Positions 1-13,722 of a DNA stretch of 64,000 nt are shown here, one piece after another. The stretch covers positions 71,149,923 through 71,213,922 of the forward strand of contig NC_068984.1 of NCBI RefSeq assembly GCF_001194135.2, given 5' to 3'. The position numbers were made by a program, and so were the translations under genes. This stretch comes from Octopus bimaculoides. Lineage: Eukaryota. Numbering within the stretch: the stretch's first letter is position 1; the number at the start of each line of letters is the position of its first letter. The notes below the pieces were generated by a model that worked only from the letters and a program-made list of their open reading frames with translations, was not told where the DNA came from and made no database searches.

Positions 1-235
1 TACCGACGACAAACATCACCTCTTGTCTAACACCTTAGCCAAAATCTTATAATCTGCGTTTAGTACAGTTATAGGCCAAAAATTATCTAATTGGTTCCCC
101 TTATTCGGGTCTTTTCTCAGCTGCACCACCACGCCATGGCTCACTGCACTGTATATTCTACCGTTCTGCTGTCAGATGGGGTAGACATCTGCTGAGAGAT
201 CACCGAACAATTTTGGCATATGAAGATAAAGCTCG
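1..235 (-). mobile_element. L1/Tx1-type LINE reverse transcriptase fragment (decayed)
   Basis: Minus-strand translation gives ...LFGDLSADVY...KDPNKGNQLDNFWPITVLNADYKILAKVLDKR, matching the RPITLLNxDYKILAKVL motif of L1/Tx1 RT; contains stops. Confidence 0.8.
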
Positions 236-237
236 AA

Positions 238-293
<56 letters not shown>

Positions 294-296
294 ATG

Positions 297-348
<52 letters not shown>
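238..348. repeat. Compound (TAC)n-(TAA)n microsatellite
   Basis: Directly visible; it generates the poly-L/poly-I/poly-Y ORFs in the track. Confidence 0.98.
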
Positions 349-1889
349 GTTGCACAACACACGCAATACACAATAGTAACACGAATACCAGAAAAAAACT
401 GCAACCAGACCCATAATGAAACCAACTCTCGCAATACAATACTGGAAAGTGTTTGCATTCCCTCAACGACAAAAGAGAACACACAATGCTGCTCACACCC
501 AAGCAACACAGATGTGAAGAAGGTGATGCAGTAGAAATTTGTCTGAGACTACTCAATGTTGAATAATAATAATGATAATAGTTTGAGAAATCCGAGATGC
601 TTACCTTCTCTCATACTACGATACAACTGTTACAACGATATAGGAGCTTTGAAGAACAAGTGTGTAACCTCCTACGCTAATCAAAGTCATTAGTATATGG
701 CTTCTTGGTTTCAGAAACGTAAGAACCATGCTCGACAACGAAGAAGCCCTTGCAACAATAGAAGACATATACTTTTGTCGATGCAACAGGCAATCTCCTC
801 GCCAGTTAATGCTATAGTAAGACATCCTAATTATTTCCTTTAATAATTAAAGGTTTAAAATTTATGCGGTATAGCCATTACCATTAATGTCATCTAACCG
901 CTATTTGTCATCAATATTGAAATTTATTGAGCTTTCGGTTAGCATGAAGCAGGGTCCCCGCATTAAATGTGTCATATTTTGAAGATATATATTTTCTTTC
1001 TATTCATTTCTGATTATATGAATTCTAGTATATTTATACCCCACTACTATCATGTATCCGATCAATTATTCAACACACGAAGATGCTACAAGTGAGTTGT
1101 AAAACTTTTAATCAACAGAGATTCTAAGTTTTCTGATTTTAAATAAATCTACTTGGGCAGTTTTAAAGCATAAAACATCAAGGAAAAACGGGTTACTGCA
1201 ACGTGACCAGTAGATTGACATATTTAGACAGTCACTCGGACTGCTATACATGAAAAATAGCAAAGTCTGTTCTAATCAGAACTTCATACATTTGCATTTT
1301 AGCCATTGTTTGTGTGTATGCTGAACAAGCTCTAGGAGAATGTATACGAGCTTAGAGATAACGAAAATGGGAGGGGATAGCACACAAACACACCCATGCA
1401 GTGGAATTTATTTTATTTACTAGTTATTGTTGTATAATGTTAACCTCAGGTTAATTCTAATCGAGCAAAACTATAAAGCAGTATGTCATCTCGTTGACGT
1501 TTCTTATATTGAAAATTACCGATAGTGAGTGGGAAGAGGAAAGTTTATCACCTGCTTCTAGTCAGTTGAAGAGCAATGTAGAAGCTTCCATGTTGGCATT
1601 TGGTATTGACAGTTATATTACTTAATGGTCCAAACTAATTCAAACACTCTCTTTGTGTACTGCAATGTCGAATAATTTTTTATCGCGTATTTGAGTAGGA
1701 TTTGGCTTTTATTTTATTCTTTTTATATTTTCTGCATTACGCTTTACACATTAGGGGTTGGATGACAGTTGCCATTATTTTCAGTCTTTCTATGTATAGT
1801 TTCTTCGTTGTTGCTGTTGCATAGCGCTAGATCAGCTCGGATCGGCTAGATGTGACCAACAAATATGTTTTCCCAAGAATAGTCCTTTC

Positions 1890-2302
1890 GAATATAGGCA
1901 CAAGGCCTGCAATTTTGGGGGAGAGGACTATTCGAACACATGGACCTTAGTGTTTCACTGGTACTTAATTTATCGACCCCGAAAGGATGGAAGGCAGAGC
2001 CGACCACGGCAGAATTTGAACTCACAACGTAGCGACAGCGAAATACCGCTAAGCATTCTACTGGCTCACCGCCTTTGTTTTCTCAATAATAATAATGGTT
2101 TCAAATTTTGCCACAAGGGCAGCAATTTTGGAGGACGGATTGAGTCGATGACATCGACTCCAGTATTCAACTGGTACTTATTTTATCGACCCCGAAAGGC
2201 AAACTCGACCTTGGTGTAATTTGAACTCAAAACGTAGCGCCGGGCGAAATACCACTAAGCATTTCATCCTGCACGCTAACGATTCTGTCAACTCACCGCC
2301 TT
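1890..2302 (-). mobile_element. Two tandem copies of the dominant tRNA-related SINE (family A: ggcgagctggcagaaacgttagc...gttcaaattccgccgaggtcgac)
   Basis: Reverse complement of the family seen at 29221-29650, 61878-62320 and 63576-63790. Confidence 0.85.
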
Positions 2303-4984
2303 TGTTTTCCCATTAATAATAATGATAACATATCCTTACCCAGCCGAAAACCGTATTGAATAACCCGTCATATGTTGAGAAATAGCTAAGAAGGATTTAC
2401 GACAGTCTGAACTTACGACACTTTCCCCATCTCCTATCTGGGATGTACTCATTTTTCTTTGTGTCTCTCAGCAGTTGCATATAGATTGCTTGATGTGCAT
2501 TTCACTAAACTGATTTTAGAATCTCTTCCTTGAATACCTATGATGGTCCATTTCACGTTAATTTTCACTACTTAATTTATCATTACGTGTTCCCTTTGAA
2601 TGTGTTTTGGAGGGGAGATTCGTTGTACTAAGGACAAATTCTACCTATTTTAATTATTTAGCTATCATAACATAGGAGTTTTGTTAACTTCCACGTGATC
2701 AAATTTAGTTCTTTTTTTTTTATTTTCAGAACGTTCTTATATTCAGTTAAGTTTATATTTTCCTTGGGTTAGTTTTGCTTCGCTTTTAATATTCGATATT
2801 TTTAAGGCGTCCTGGGATTTGGTTTTGTTTTCTTTCACTATTTTATTCGTTGTGATTGCAGTTGACCTATTTTCTTAATTCGAGTTAACAGTATTTTCTG
2901 TTCATACCTATCTTTGTGTTGTTATTTTAATTGCTTGGTTTCGATCGTTTATTTATACCTTTCATTTGACTGTCGTCTAGCTGTGACGCATATTTCTAGG
3001 GTGTATTCGATTATATCGTTGACCAGCAGTTTACATGCATGTAAAACGTCCTAATACAGCTTTTATTCAAAACTGTATTAATGTTAATACCCAGTTGAAA
3101 TAATTAGTATTTCTATCTTGGCTAGCTTATATGCAAATGAATCAATTTCTACTAGTTTTCTTTATTGTCAAAACTTTAGAAAAATAAACTGAGTAATAAA
3201 ACTAAGAAATTATTGGAGGAGAATATTCTGTAGAAGTTTTGGATTCTTTGTTTAATGTTTCATCACATATTAAACAATTTAGTTCGTGCATCATTATTGC
3301 AAACTCTAATGAGACATGTTAATTTCTATACAGGCATTAAATTACTAAGGTGACAAATTCAAATAAGTTACATTGTTTGTTAACATCGGATAAAGCACAC
3401 AGTTTTTTCATTTAATGCTTAAAAACAAACACTAACTGAATAATCTTAAATGTCTTTAGAATATATGCATGTTCATTTCATTCAAAGAGCATGATATTGT
3501 GAGTTATCTTTTAATGTCCAGTAATTAGATGAAGGCGTGTTTAACAATTTACATCCAAAGAATTTTGAAGTCAATCATTTATTTATTTCGCTAATTTCAA
3601 ACTTCTTTCTGTATTTTTCGTATTTGATAATTATCATTTCAGCATGATGCATTTGAAATGGCAATTTTACAATGTGTCAAAGAAACAATTTTGCAGTTTC
3701 GACATACAAAATTTCACATGATGAACATATCAGATAATAAAACTGGATAGAATATATTTTGATTGCATGTACAATAAAGAAAAAAAAGTGAGGGTCTTAA
3801 CAAATTCAGTACAAGCCGCAAAATATAAAAGAATAACATATTAATGAATATATTTAACAAACTAGAACTCGCTCATTTAAATAGTATTATCCAAATATAC
3901 TGCAAATCATTTATATGCTTTAGCAAGTTTGATAGTACGGATGTTCAAACAATATTTTCTTCATCAGGTATAGTGTATTCATCATAAATGTTTCATCGAT
4001 GACAATTAATCCCATCGTCATTGAATGGCTGATGTTTTTCCTTATAAAATCTAGTTTCATGTATGCAACCTGTTGAAGTGGATTTTTTCTTCATGTTTTC
4101 AATATAGTGTTTTGAAAGAATACAAGCTTTATATGAACACAGACCTCTCGTTTAACACTAGCAGTAGATTTAATGATTATTTTATACGCGCTGTATGAGC
4201 CGAAATTTAGCCAAGTCGTTGTATACGTATATGTTTGTATGCATGTATGTGTGTATGTATCTGTGTGAGTATGCGTGCGTGTATATATATATATATATAT
4301 ATTTCTTAGCACTTTATACATAGATCATGGCATTCACCGATATTACACATACGAACATGCATACTGTGTGCGTGAGATAGCGACTTTCTTCATCCATTCC
4401 CGATCGATTTCTATGCCAAAACTCATGATATCAACAATTTCTATATACTATGTGGCTAGAAAAGTAACTAGTGATGAGGTGAAGAGTCGCAGAAACATGT
4501 AGAGGAGCATGGTAATTCACATTACATATTTCATGTTTTGGCGTGACATATTTGAGGTGTTTTTTGTAATTTAATTCACACTCACATAATACACTACTCA
4601 TAACTTCTGATCTCCTGAGTCGTTATGTACTCTCAGTGATAACATTTCTCATGTAGATTACTTAAAATTGTTCAACCGAGTAGATTGCTAATACGCTTAC
4701 GTACATACTCACATTTTGATGCGCGCACGTACATACACACATATTTATCTTTTCAATATGTTATTCTTCCCTTTCTCTTCGTTCTTGTAATTTCCCTATA
4801 TTTAGTATAAAATTTAAGTCCACTCCTATTCCTCTAATCTGACATATTTATTTTCATTTTATAGATTTTCTGTGTGTTATTGGTTCGTTTAATTTTTCTA
4901 CGCGTGAGATTTTATATTATCTGTTTGTCTCGTAATCTCTCTCTCATCTTGTTTACGTGTTTTCTATCTATCTATCAATCTGTC

Positions 4985-4985
4985 A

Positions 4986-5041
<56 letters not shown>

Positions 5042-5100
5042 GTCTGTCTATATATCTATCTGTCTGTCTATCTGCCTGTCTGTCTGTCTGTCTGTTTGTT

Positions 5101-5164
<64 letters not shown>

Positions 5165-5165
5165 C
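4985..5165. repeat. (TCTA)n/(TCTG)n microsatellite
   Basis: Directly visible. Confidence 0.98.
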
Positions 5166-5227
5166 AAGTTTCTGTCTGTCTATCTATATGCGTATCTGTC
5201 GATCGATCTATCTAAGCCTATTTCTCT

Positions 5228-5520
5228 GGACTACTGCTCAAATCTGTGGTCACAGCATAACATCAAACTAAAAGCCGAGATTGAAGCGGTCCAACGTCAC
5301 TACACTAAAAAGATTGTAACAGCTTAGGATTCTAAGGCCTGTAACACTTCAATATTCTGTCAAAAAAATTAGAAACCTACAAAATGTGGACGTGGGTGTC
5401 TTCAAAAAAGCACTGGACACCTTCTTATCCACGATACAGGATGGATCAAACGGCCCGCATGAAGTACAAATGGGGCAGCTGTATCAAACTCCCTCATACC
5501 ACAAATGAGCCAACAATTAA
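5228..5520 (+). mobile_element. CR1-type LINE 3' fragment
   Basis: [29 protein letters not shown], then NLQNVDVGVFKKALDTFLSTI, resembling the CR1 ORF2 C-terminus (YCSxxWSP...EAVQRxxTK; FKxxLDxFL). Confidence 0.75.
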
Positions 5521-5799
5521 AGGTAAAGCTCATGAAGAAGTGGTGATGTAACATTCCCCCACTCTGAAGAAATTAATCAAAGAAAAATGATATGGAGAGG
5601 TCATGGGAAAGTGGATCCAGAAAGTGGAAGGATAAAAAGCGTAAAAAGAGACGAAGAAATAGAATGTGTGTTATTTCCCCTTTGACCGTAAAGCCATAAA
5701 GCTGGTTAATGTAAAATCAACGGAAGGTCTCTGATGCCTGCGATAGAGCTGCTCAATCCGAAGATTGTGGTGTTCTCCAATTCGCGAAAACATGAAAAG

Positions 5800-6170
5800 T
5801 TATTTCTCCGTATGTTTGCATTTGCTGAAAATTTCATATCTGGAAATCAGCAGAGCGGTGGAATTCTTAGATAAAAAACGATATGCAACCTTTCAGCTAC
5901 GCATAACTTGCACCAGTGCTTGATCCCTTATTATATGAAATGGATTTTTCCATGATTTTCCACTCGATTGTATGTTGCGTTGTGTTGGACTTCAAAGCCC
6001 TTAGGTAGCTAGCCAAATTAGAGGCTTCAGTTTTGTCCATGTGCCGAAAAGAAGGTAGGTGCTTAGCACAGCATCTTTTGAAGTCGCCTCCACATAACTT
6101 GATGCACGTCTTTTTTACAGTTGGGTTATCATGTAGCATTAGTGTGACCACTCCTAATATTTCTTAAAAA
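5800..6170 (-). mobile_element. Penelope-like element, GIY-YIG endonuclease fragment
   Basis: GDFKRCCAKHLPSFRHMDKTEASNLASYLRALKSNTTQHTIEWKIMEKSISYN matches the PLE GIY-YIG pattern (FKxRxxNHxxSFRH...TxLSxYIWxLK...IxWKI). Confidence 0.8.
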
Positions 6171-6303
6171 CGATACATCCCATTAATGCAGCGTTCGCGT
6201 AATTTTAAGTAGGAAGTATCTGTAATTTCAGAACTGTTTTGTATGGCACTATTGTGATCATCTATAAGAATGCAGTAGCTTAAATAAATTGCTTCTTACT
6301 TAC

Positions 6304-6336
6304 AGTCCATTTAAAGTAGTCTGGTAGAATTTTCAG
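6304..6336 (-). CDS. Candidate 33-nt exon of the unidentified minus-strand gene (LKILPDYFKWT)
   Basis: Acceptor tattttAG, donor GTAAGT; only phase 0 is open. Link to the upstream exons is not established. Confidence 0.35.
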
Positions 6337-6999
6337 CTAAAATATACTTTCTCCATTGAGGAATATTTACAATGTAACTGGTTATTTGAAACAAAACACT
6401 GAATTATGAGAAAAAGAGTGTCAAACGAATTTCTTGTAAAAAATCTTTGGTTTGATGTGAAGAGAGCCATTAATGTTTTCTAATAAATGGCAGTTGTGTC
6501 CATGCACTGTATTGATTTTATTCTTTCAATGATTCTCGGAGGGTAGAACTGGTTTTAATTTATTGGAATTTGCGCAATCTCAACTTTGTAAACATGTACA
6601 TGCCAATTTGTTGGCATAAATCCATAGACATATATACATATAAATATACATACATTTACACACACACACAAATACACGCATACACACATACACATGTTTA
6701 CTCATGCTTACTTAGCCGTCACTCGTAACGGAGTACAACATGATAGTTTTTACTAGGCTTTCGCGAAAGGTTTTCGCTACCTGTATAAGTCACATGCGGA
6801 TATACAAATGCTTTCAGGTTTCATAACGTTTACATATCGAAACATAGATGACGTGACAGCTGGAGGGGAAAAGGACTGCAACGGCACTAGCTTGGAACTC
6901 TTTTTCACCGCATTCAAAGAATAAAAAGTAATTGATACACACACTATGCTAGATTGTCACGAAGACAGTTGAAGGATGTCATATTCTCTGCTATATATA

Positions 7000-7209
7000 N
7001 NNNNNNNNNNNNNNNNNNNNNNNNNNNNNNNNNNNNNNNNNNNNNNNNNNNNNNNNNNNNNNNNNNNNNNNNNNNNNNNNNNNNNNNNNNNNNNNNNNNN
7101 NNNNNNNNNNNNNNNNNNNNNNNNNNNNNNNNNNNNNNNNNNNNNNNNNNNNNNNNNNNNNNNNNNNNNNNNNNNNNNNNNNNNNNNNNNNNNNNNNNNN
7201 NNNNNNNNN
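7000..7209. other. Assembly gap (others near 15253-15424, 16157-16341, 17226-17235, 24512-24780, 42245-42288, 42758-43237, 46328-47097, 47567-47576, 50119-50267)
   Basis: Runs of N, mostly flanked by (TA)n. Confidence 0.98.
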
Positions 7210-7399
7210 ATCTTTATTTCTGTAAAATGTTTCTTTTTCTTAAACACACAACATATAGTCTACAAATTTATGATGTTTTTGAAAAATACTATATTTTATC
7301 ATCAAAATATATATACTTTCTCACTCAACAATTAAGATATTTATTCTAAATCGCTTATCTATTTATTTTAAATCGTTCATCCTCCTCCCTGCCCCCCAC

Positions 7400-9250
7400 A
7401 AAAATTACTCTGGGCTCGGAAGAGCTTTTTTCCTAAAACGCTGGTATAAAGCTCGACTAGTCGGGCAAAAACGTGTGTTTCGTTGAAAATTGATACGAAA
7501 GATTCCCGTCTCATATTTTTTCGGGCAATATAAGTATCTTTACTTATATATGCAATCAGGAATTTTCGTATTGCATTTTCTTTTCTGAGAATTTTCGATC
7601 CTTTTTTGTTTTTGAAAACTAATTATATATTGCAAGAAAAGCTTAGTATCTTTGGTTGGTTCTATAAGCGGTTTTTATGTCGTATAAATAACGCTCAAAA
7701 AGACAATTTATCGGGAACTCATACACTTCAAATAGGCGATCTTCTTTCAAAAATAATCAAACGACAAAAAAATCTCTACTGAAATGGTAGTGAAAGTATA
7801 GAGGAAATAGTATCCAAATTCATTGCTATAGATGTATTTTCACGTGCATTCATTCGTTAAATATATTTTTTATGAGGAAAACTACGAAAAAGGTTTGGTG
7901 TTAACGTAATAGAGTTTCTCATTTGACGCATACAATTCAATAATGCCGTAGATGATTCAGCAAGAAATTTTGTTAATATGATTTATGAAATAACTAAAAG
8001 ATAGAGGAACTCAAATATTCAGCATTTCTTTAGGTGAATGTTTGTCTTCGCATAATTGAAGATATAATTAATGTACACCTGTCTGGTGAATTCTGGAATG
8101 ATTTCAGTTAATGACACGGCACCCTTTGTCAATATAGACGCCGTGAAGCTGCTTATGCTATGATCAAAAGAAAGTTTAATCAATTAATGATGTATCTAAT
8201 TTAACTAATGATATTTGATACATTGAAAATGAGTCGGAAGTTACGTTCGAAGATGACTATCACATTTAGAAGATTCCGTTATTTATGTCAATATACATCG
8301 ATGTAAACTTAGAGAAATAAGCTGGACTGCAGAAGGTCATTACGTTTAAGAAATTTAATACATTGGTTGTGCCATTTAAAAGTAAGTGCAATTGTTAATT
8401 ACTGTCCTCAGCTTACCAAAAATCATGCACACATCTTTAAAAAATGCTTTTAAGTACATGATGCTCATTAATTGTAATTAATCAACGATGAAAACAGAGA
8501 TATATAATGGCTATGTAATAGAAGGAATTTCGCTCTTTTAAAATATTATAACACAAAAGTTATGCGTCATATGAAGAACCACTCATATAGATAATATGTA
8601 TTTTTATTAACCCCGTATTAGGTGGAGCTAAAAAACTAAGTCAAAATGATGCTTCTTTATCCTTGAAGAAAACCTATCTTCTTAATTTTTGAAGTGAATC
8701 GACAAAATTTGCTAATGTCTTGTTTGCTGAGAAAATGTTCCAAGAATATAATCGAACAATGTGAGGAAAACTCTGATTGGATTGGAGTTTCATGTCAGTA
8801 ATCCCCAGTTAATGTTGTATGCACCACACTCACTTCTAATTTAGATATTAAAATCAGTGCAAAATATCGCAAAGAAGGTTCTCCAATTTACCAGATGACT
8901 TACATGACTTCAGAATCACTCCATCAACATTAACGTCACTACTTCGGAAATTAAACTATTCCATTAAAAATGTTGTTGGATGGCGTCGAGAGAGCAATTA
9001 AACTTTTTATGGTCCAAGTGATATTTTTAAAGAGAAGAAAGAATTGAAAATACTGGATATAGAATTGTTATGTTGCAGCTATTTCCTGCCGCTATACTAT
9101 TCTTTTGACTTAATTGGTCTGCTGTAGGGATTTTGTTGCAAAATTGCAGCCAAATTTAAGTAGCAATTCCATCAACAATATTTGCTTCTTCACTCGATTC
9201 TATTTATCTGCTTCATATTTATTTTAATAACTGGGAAATTTTTATCATTC
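7400..9250 (+). mobile_element. Possible highly decayed DNA transposon (hAT-like) relic
   Basis: Non-microsatellite block with short broken frames weakly reminiscent of hAT transposase segments; no intact motif or TIR confirmed. Confidence 0.3.
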
Positions 9251-9569
9251 TTTTTCGTAAATATTTTTTCTATATGTAAACATATTAAGTAAATTTTAAT
9301 TTTAATTACTCACAACACACACACTCACACACACAGACATATCAATTTAAATTCACGCACAACCGAAAGAGTAACTAATAGTTTCAGGCTTTTATTATAA
9401 CTGAACAGGCATATTTATAAAATACGCCATGTACCTTAAAATAATAATTCATGTTCTGTTTATGTGTTATACATATTTTAAAAACAAGAACGCAGGGCAG
9501 TAAAAAAAAATAAGGAAAACTTGGAAAAAACGTGAAGAAGATTGGTGCAAAAAATAGAATGAGAAAAAA

Positions 9570-10740
9570 GATATCAAGAAAAACTAAGATCCTCGTCCTC
9601 CCTGAGTGCAGAAAGCTCATTAAGCACAACTAGTTTAGAAGAAAATAATAGAAACTATGTCAATGTCTGCAAGACAACAATCCAATCCGAAGTGGTTGGT
9701 CCCTTCCAATGTGATAAAAGAAACCTTTTCATGTACCTACACCTGCTTACATTTTCAGATCTCGAATTAAGCAGTCTATTGGAATTGTTGGATCCAAGAA
9801 GAATATGAAATATTTCTGCCACATATAATTCGCATTTCTTAGATCCATTAACATATGGCTTGGATTTATCTTTTCTCCATTTAATTGCTTCTAGTGTGGA
9901 ACTATTCTCCACTTAATTGTACGTGACTAGCCGACTTAGTTACATTACTTTTATCGATGTGCCGGAAAGAAGATAGGCGGTCCCTTGAAATCGCCCTCAT
10001 ATAACCAGATGTAATTCTTCTTTATAATTGGTTTGTCTTGGAGCATAGTTGTATATGACAGTTAATTGTACACGCCTCACGTGGGCAAGATTCAAGGTCT
10101 CGATAGTTACAAGTGGGAGTGGTCTCTTCGTGATATTTACGGGTTAGAAGGTTCTTCATATTGGGGCAGCAGTTGTATGATATTTTTTTCTGAGCGCCTG
10201 TAAAAAGTCATCCTATAATTATGATCTTTTGTAAAATGTTTATTTAAAAGTGACAGTACTTTCTTGCTTACATTAGTCGTAACATTAAAGGAGAAAGGAG
10301 GGGCGAACCAAATTATTTTCCTAGGTCTATTTTTTAAATCTATTTTAAAGAGTTCCATTTTAATTAAAGTGTTGTAATATATCTTTTCTTTTATTTGCTG
10401 TTAGCGAGGACACTGCTATAGTAGGAGACTACCTTATTAGATATTCGTCTTGAAGAAGATAGATTTGATATCCTGTTACTACTAGCTATCATATTTTTAA
10501 AGACAGGACTATTTATATATGTATGAAGGCTTCTTTTTGGCCTATGATTCGGCTTATAAAAACAGGAGTTCAAATCTAGGGAAACATCTAAACAATCAAC
10601 TTAGGACAAATTAGTAGTAAGTTTGATTTTGAGACCTAAGTGACTAAAGGTATCAATAAGATTTTTCCTAAATTTGTGAAGTGTATGACCATCAGAGCCA
10701 TGAGATACTCCCAACCCATCATCTCAATGTAGACCAACAA
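9570..10740 (-). mobile_element. 5'-truncated Penelope-like element (RT C-terminal half + GIY-YIG), decayed
   Basis: GLH*DDGL (decayed GLYRDDGL catalytic motif) near 10735; YKPNHRP...RISNLSS; RKIIWFAPPFSFNVTTNVSKKVLSLLNKHF; KKCELYVAE...LLNSRSENVSRCRY. The order is collinear with PLE ORFs. Confidence 0.9.
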
Positions 10741-11239
10741 AATGGAATGGTAACTTGGATCTCAGTGTATTTAATATAAAATATGCTTGTGCAGATGTAT
10801 ACACAAATATATTTTCTGTTATTTTGTTGTAATGCAGTTGTATTTAGTGATCTTTCTGCAATTAAGTAGGACGAGAATTTTAGTTTTCTTGTTCAAGTAT
10901 CAAAAAGGCATGAAACTACTAGTAGTTCTATCGGTTGTGTATTTGAATATATATTTATCCCTCCCCAGATGGAGTACATTATTGTCTATTTTAACTCTAT
11001 TGCATCATTAAACTATATATATGTTATTTTTCATTGCAGCCAAATAAGGATTTTCAAAAAGAAGAAATGTTCCATCGCTATTTTTCTGTCAAAAGAGGAG
11101 TTGTACACTTTCCTAAATCCACATGAGATACAGAGAGCTTCTTGATATTTACAGAGATGATAACATTGAAAGAAGAGAAGCGTCAATCATTCAGAAAAGA
11201 AGACAGAAGGATATAATGAAATTCGAAAAATGACACGAA

Positions 11240-11690
11240 TCACTGTCGGTCTGGAGAATTTCATTCCTGCAGACAGATGAATGACAAACCGTGAGCTTAC
11301 CGAAGACTGAACATTAGTCACAATGTATTACAGGAGAAAATGAAAGAATTTAGCATTTGTTTATAAGAAAATGTTTGCAAATTGGCTAATTCGACATTGC
11401 ACATTTAGGTTTAAGTGTAGACATATGGATATCGACTCTGATCTACTGAAAGCGTTTGAAATCAATGAAGACAGGCCTCTCTCTCCCGATCTAAAATCAG
11501 CTGATGAAACTGGAGCATTTACGTATGATGTAGTATCAAGGAATCCCAGTCCGTTGAAAAGTATCACACAAATTCTTGAAGCCTTGTAACTCATGAGCCA
11601 ACCTTCAGCATAAAACACGATGCTTGGGGCAACGAAAAAGACGTAATCATCGCTGATTTCTATAACGTAGCCGTACCGTTAGCGCCCAGA
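11240..11690 (+). mobile_element. Tc1/mariner transposase fragment (decayed)
   Basis: DR*MTNRELTE.LNISHN (HTH region), YKKMFANWLIRH (cf. YRKVxARWVPH), DETGAFTYD (cf. GDETWxYYYD). Confidence 0.65.
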
Positions 11691-12742
11691 GTTGCGTCAT
11701 GACACACAAAATAATTAGAGTAATCTCTAGAAAGTATTTTTACAACAAATTCTGAATATCCAAACTACACACATACACATACACACATGTACATGTACAC
11801 ATAAACACATGCACATAGGCCTACACATACAAACACACACGTGCACACATAAACACATGCAAATAGACATACACGCACATACACGCATATGAAGAGTATG
11901 CTGGCATACGACATACAATTAACTGAACATTTTATTCTTAGTCTTGAGAACAATTAACATATGAAAACTAATTCTGTTCATACGAGCAATTAGCCAATAA
12001 TGAAATTTTAGTCAATTCAAAAACATTAATTATATGTAGAGTGGAGTGATAATGTGGTTATAATCATGTATTACATTGTTCTTCATACATCTTTTCAGTG
12101 AATCTTACACTAACAACGAATAGTATATCAGAGATAATTGAAGACTTGCATAGGAGTTTTGTAAATGAACGCCAAATGGCTCTAAAATTTTATATAATGT
12201 TTGGGGAAATTATCCAGAGACGCCTGCTAAATAAGACCTGCATTAAGATCTGAAATGTAAGATGACGGAAGCTCGTCACAGCACATGTTAATTGCATTCA
12301 TACGGCCGCATATTATGATGAACTAAATCCACCAACATTATTATGAATCGGCAAGTCCCCAGAAACAGCTGTTGGATTATAACACATTCCTCCCTCACCT
12401 TTAATGTTCTTTGTCGTTTGTACTCTGTGCAAGTTGAATCTATTAAAATAATACCTATATATTTATATTTAAAAATCCTTCACCTGAAAGATTCCACATT
12501 TTTTTCTCTCGTTTTGCATGGGTATATATATATATACGCATATTTTATATTTGATGTGTTTAATATGTTTAATATATATGATATTTCGAATTTTTTATCC
12601 GCATAATTGCCTCACTCTGCCTCTCTGTCACCCTCTCTCTCCCTCTCTCTCTCTTTCTATATATACATATATACATACATGTATGCAGACAGACAGACAG
12701 ACGCTCGCGCGCACACACACACACGCACGCATACATGAACAA

Positions 12743-12922
12743 TAGTGGCTGTGGGGTAAGAAGCTTACTTCCCAACCGCATGGTTCCGGGATCCGTGTTG
12801 TGGGTTTAGGATTCCGGGTTCACTCTCACTGTGTGATACCTCGGGCTAGTGTCTTCTATTATAGACTCGGGCCAACCAAATCCTTGACAGTGGACAGGGT
12901 AGACGGAAACTGAAAGTCCGTC
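12743..12922 (+). mobile_element. tRNA-derived SINE (family B)
   Basis: A-box-like tggctgtggggtaag, B-box-like gttccggg/ggttcact, tail gtagacggaaactgaaag followed by (TA)n. Confidence 0.8.
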
Positions 12923-13106
12923 GCTTATATATATACACACACTAATGTATAATTATAAAGGTGAAATCATAGAACAATGTGGAGATAAACAACACCAACA
13001 AGCTAGAGGTACATGCCGAATGGAGACTAAAAACACATCTTGCACAAGGTTAGTACAGGTTAAAACGGAGAAAATAAATAAAGAATTTTTTTTTTTTAAT
13101 TGGTTA

Positions 13107-13163
13107 ATTATAAACGATTTCTAGCTACGTGATATGAAGTGCCCCTGCCATCTTCAGTATAAT
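13107..13163 (-). ncRNA. Type I hammerhead ribozyme, degenerate helix III
   Basis: AUUAUA CUGAAGA UGGC..GCUA GAA AUCGUU UAUAAU; one base is lost relative to the AUCGAU-C consensus of the sister copies. Confidence 0.55.
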
Positions 13164-13584
13164 ATACCTCATAGTACATAAATGAAAAAATGTATATATA
13201 CCCTTATGAATACATATCCACACATATATTCGCACGTATATACGAGACAAATCTAATTCATTCACCTCAGTCACGTGCATTTACGACCAAAATAATACAT
13301 CAGTGAATATAAATTGATCGGAGTAAATAATATGTATTTATACATAATGAGGGATAAAAATCATTAAAAAAAAAATCTAGTGGTGAGCATTAATAAAAAA
13401 ACAAAACCGGTAACAATTAATACTACTCTATGATTATAAGGATATAATTATTGTAAAGGTTGCTGAGAAAAATACCAACAGGCTAGAGATAAACACCAAA
13501 TGGCGCTAAAACCACAACTTGCACTCCGTTAGCACAGTTTGAAAGCGAGAAAATGAAGAAAAAAGATTTATTTTAAATAGCTTA

Positions 13585-13642
13585 ATTATAGATCGATTTC
13601 TAGCTTAGAGATATAAAATACGTCTGCCGTCTTCAATATAAT
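13585..13642 (-). ncRNA. Type I hammerhead ribozyme with C3U substitution
   Basis: AUUAUA UUGAAGA CGGC..GCUA GAA AUCGAU C UAUAAU. Confidence 0.65.
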
Positions 13643-13722
13643 ATACCCCATAGTACTTAAATGCAAATATTTATACCAACCCAAACGAATAATACTCATA
13701 TCCGCACGTATATATACATATA

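Noticed and set aside
600-830. RT-like phrase GFRNVRTMLDN on the plus strand
   Set aside because: Too short and divergent to assign to a LINE clade.
172-5327. Poly-L/I/V/Y and YLSI-repeat ORFs (also CV-, HT-, RE-, YI-repeats elsewhere)
   Set aside because: They are translations of microsatellites.
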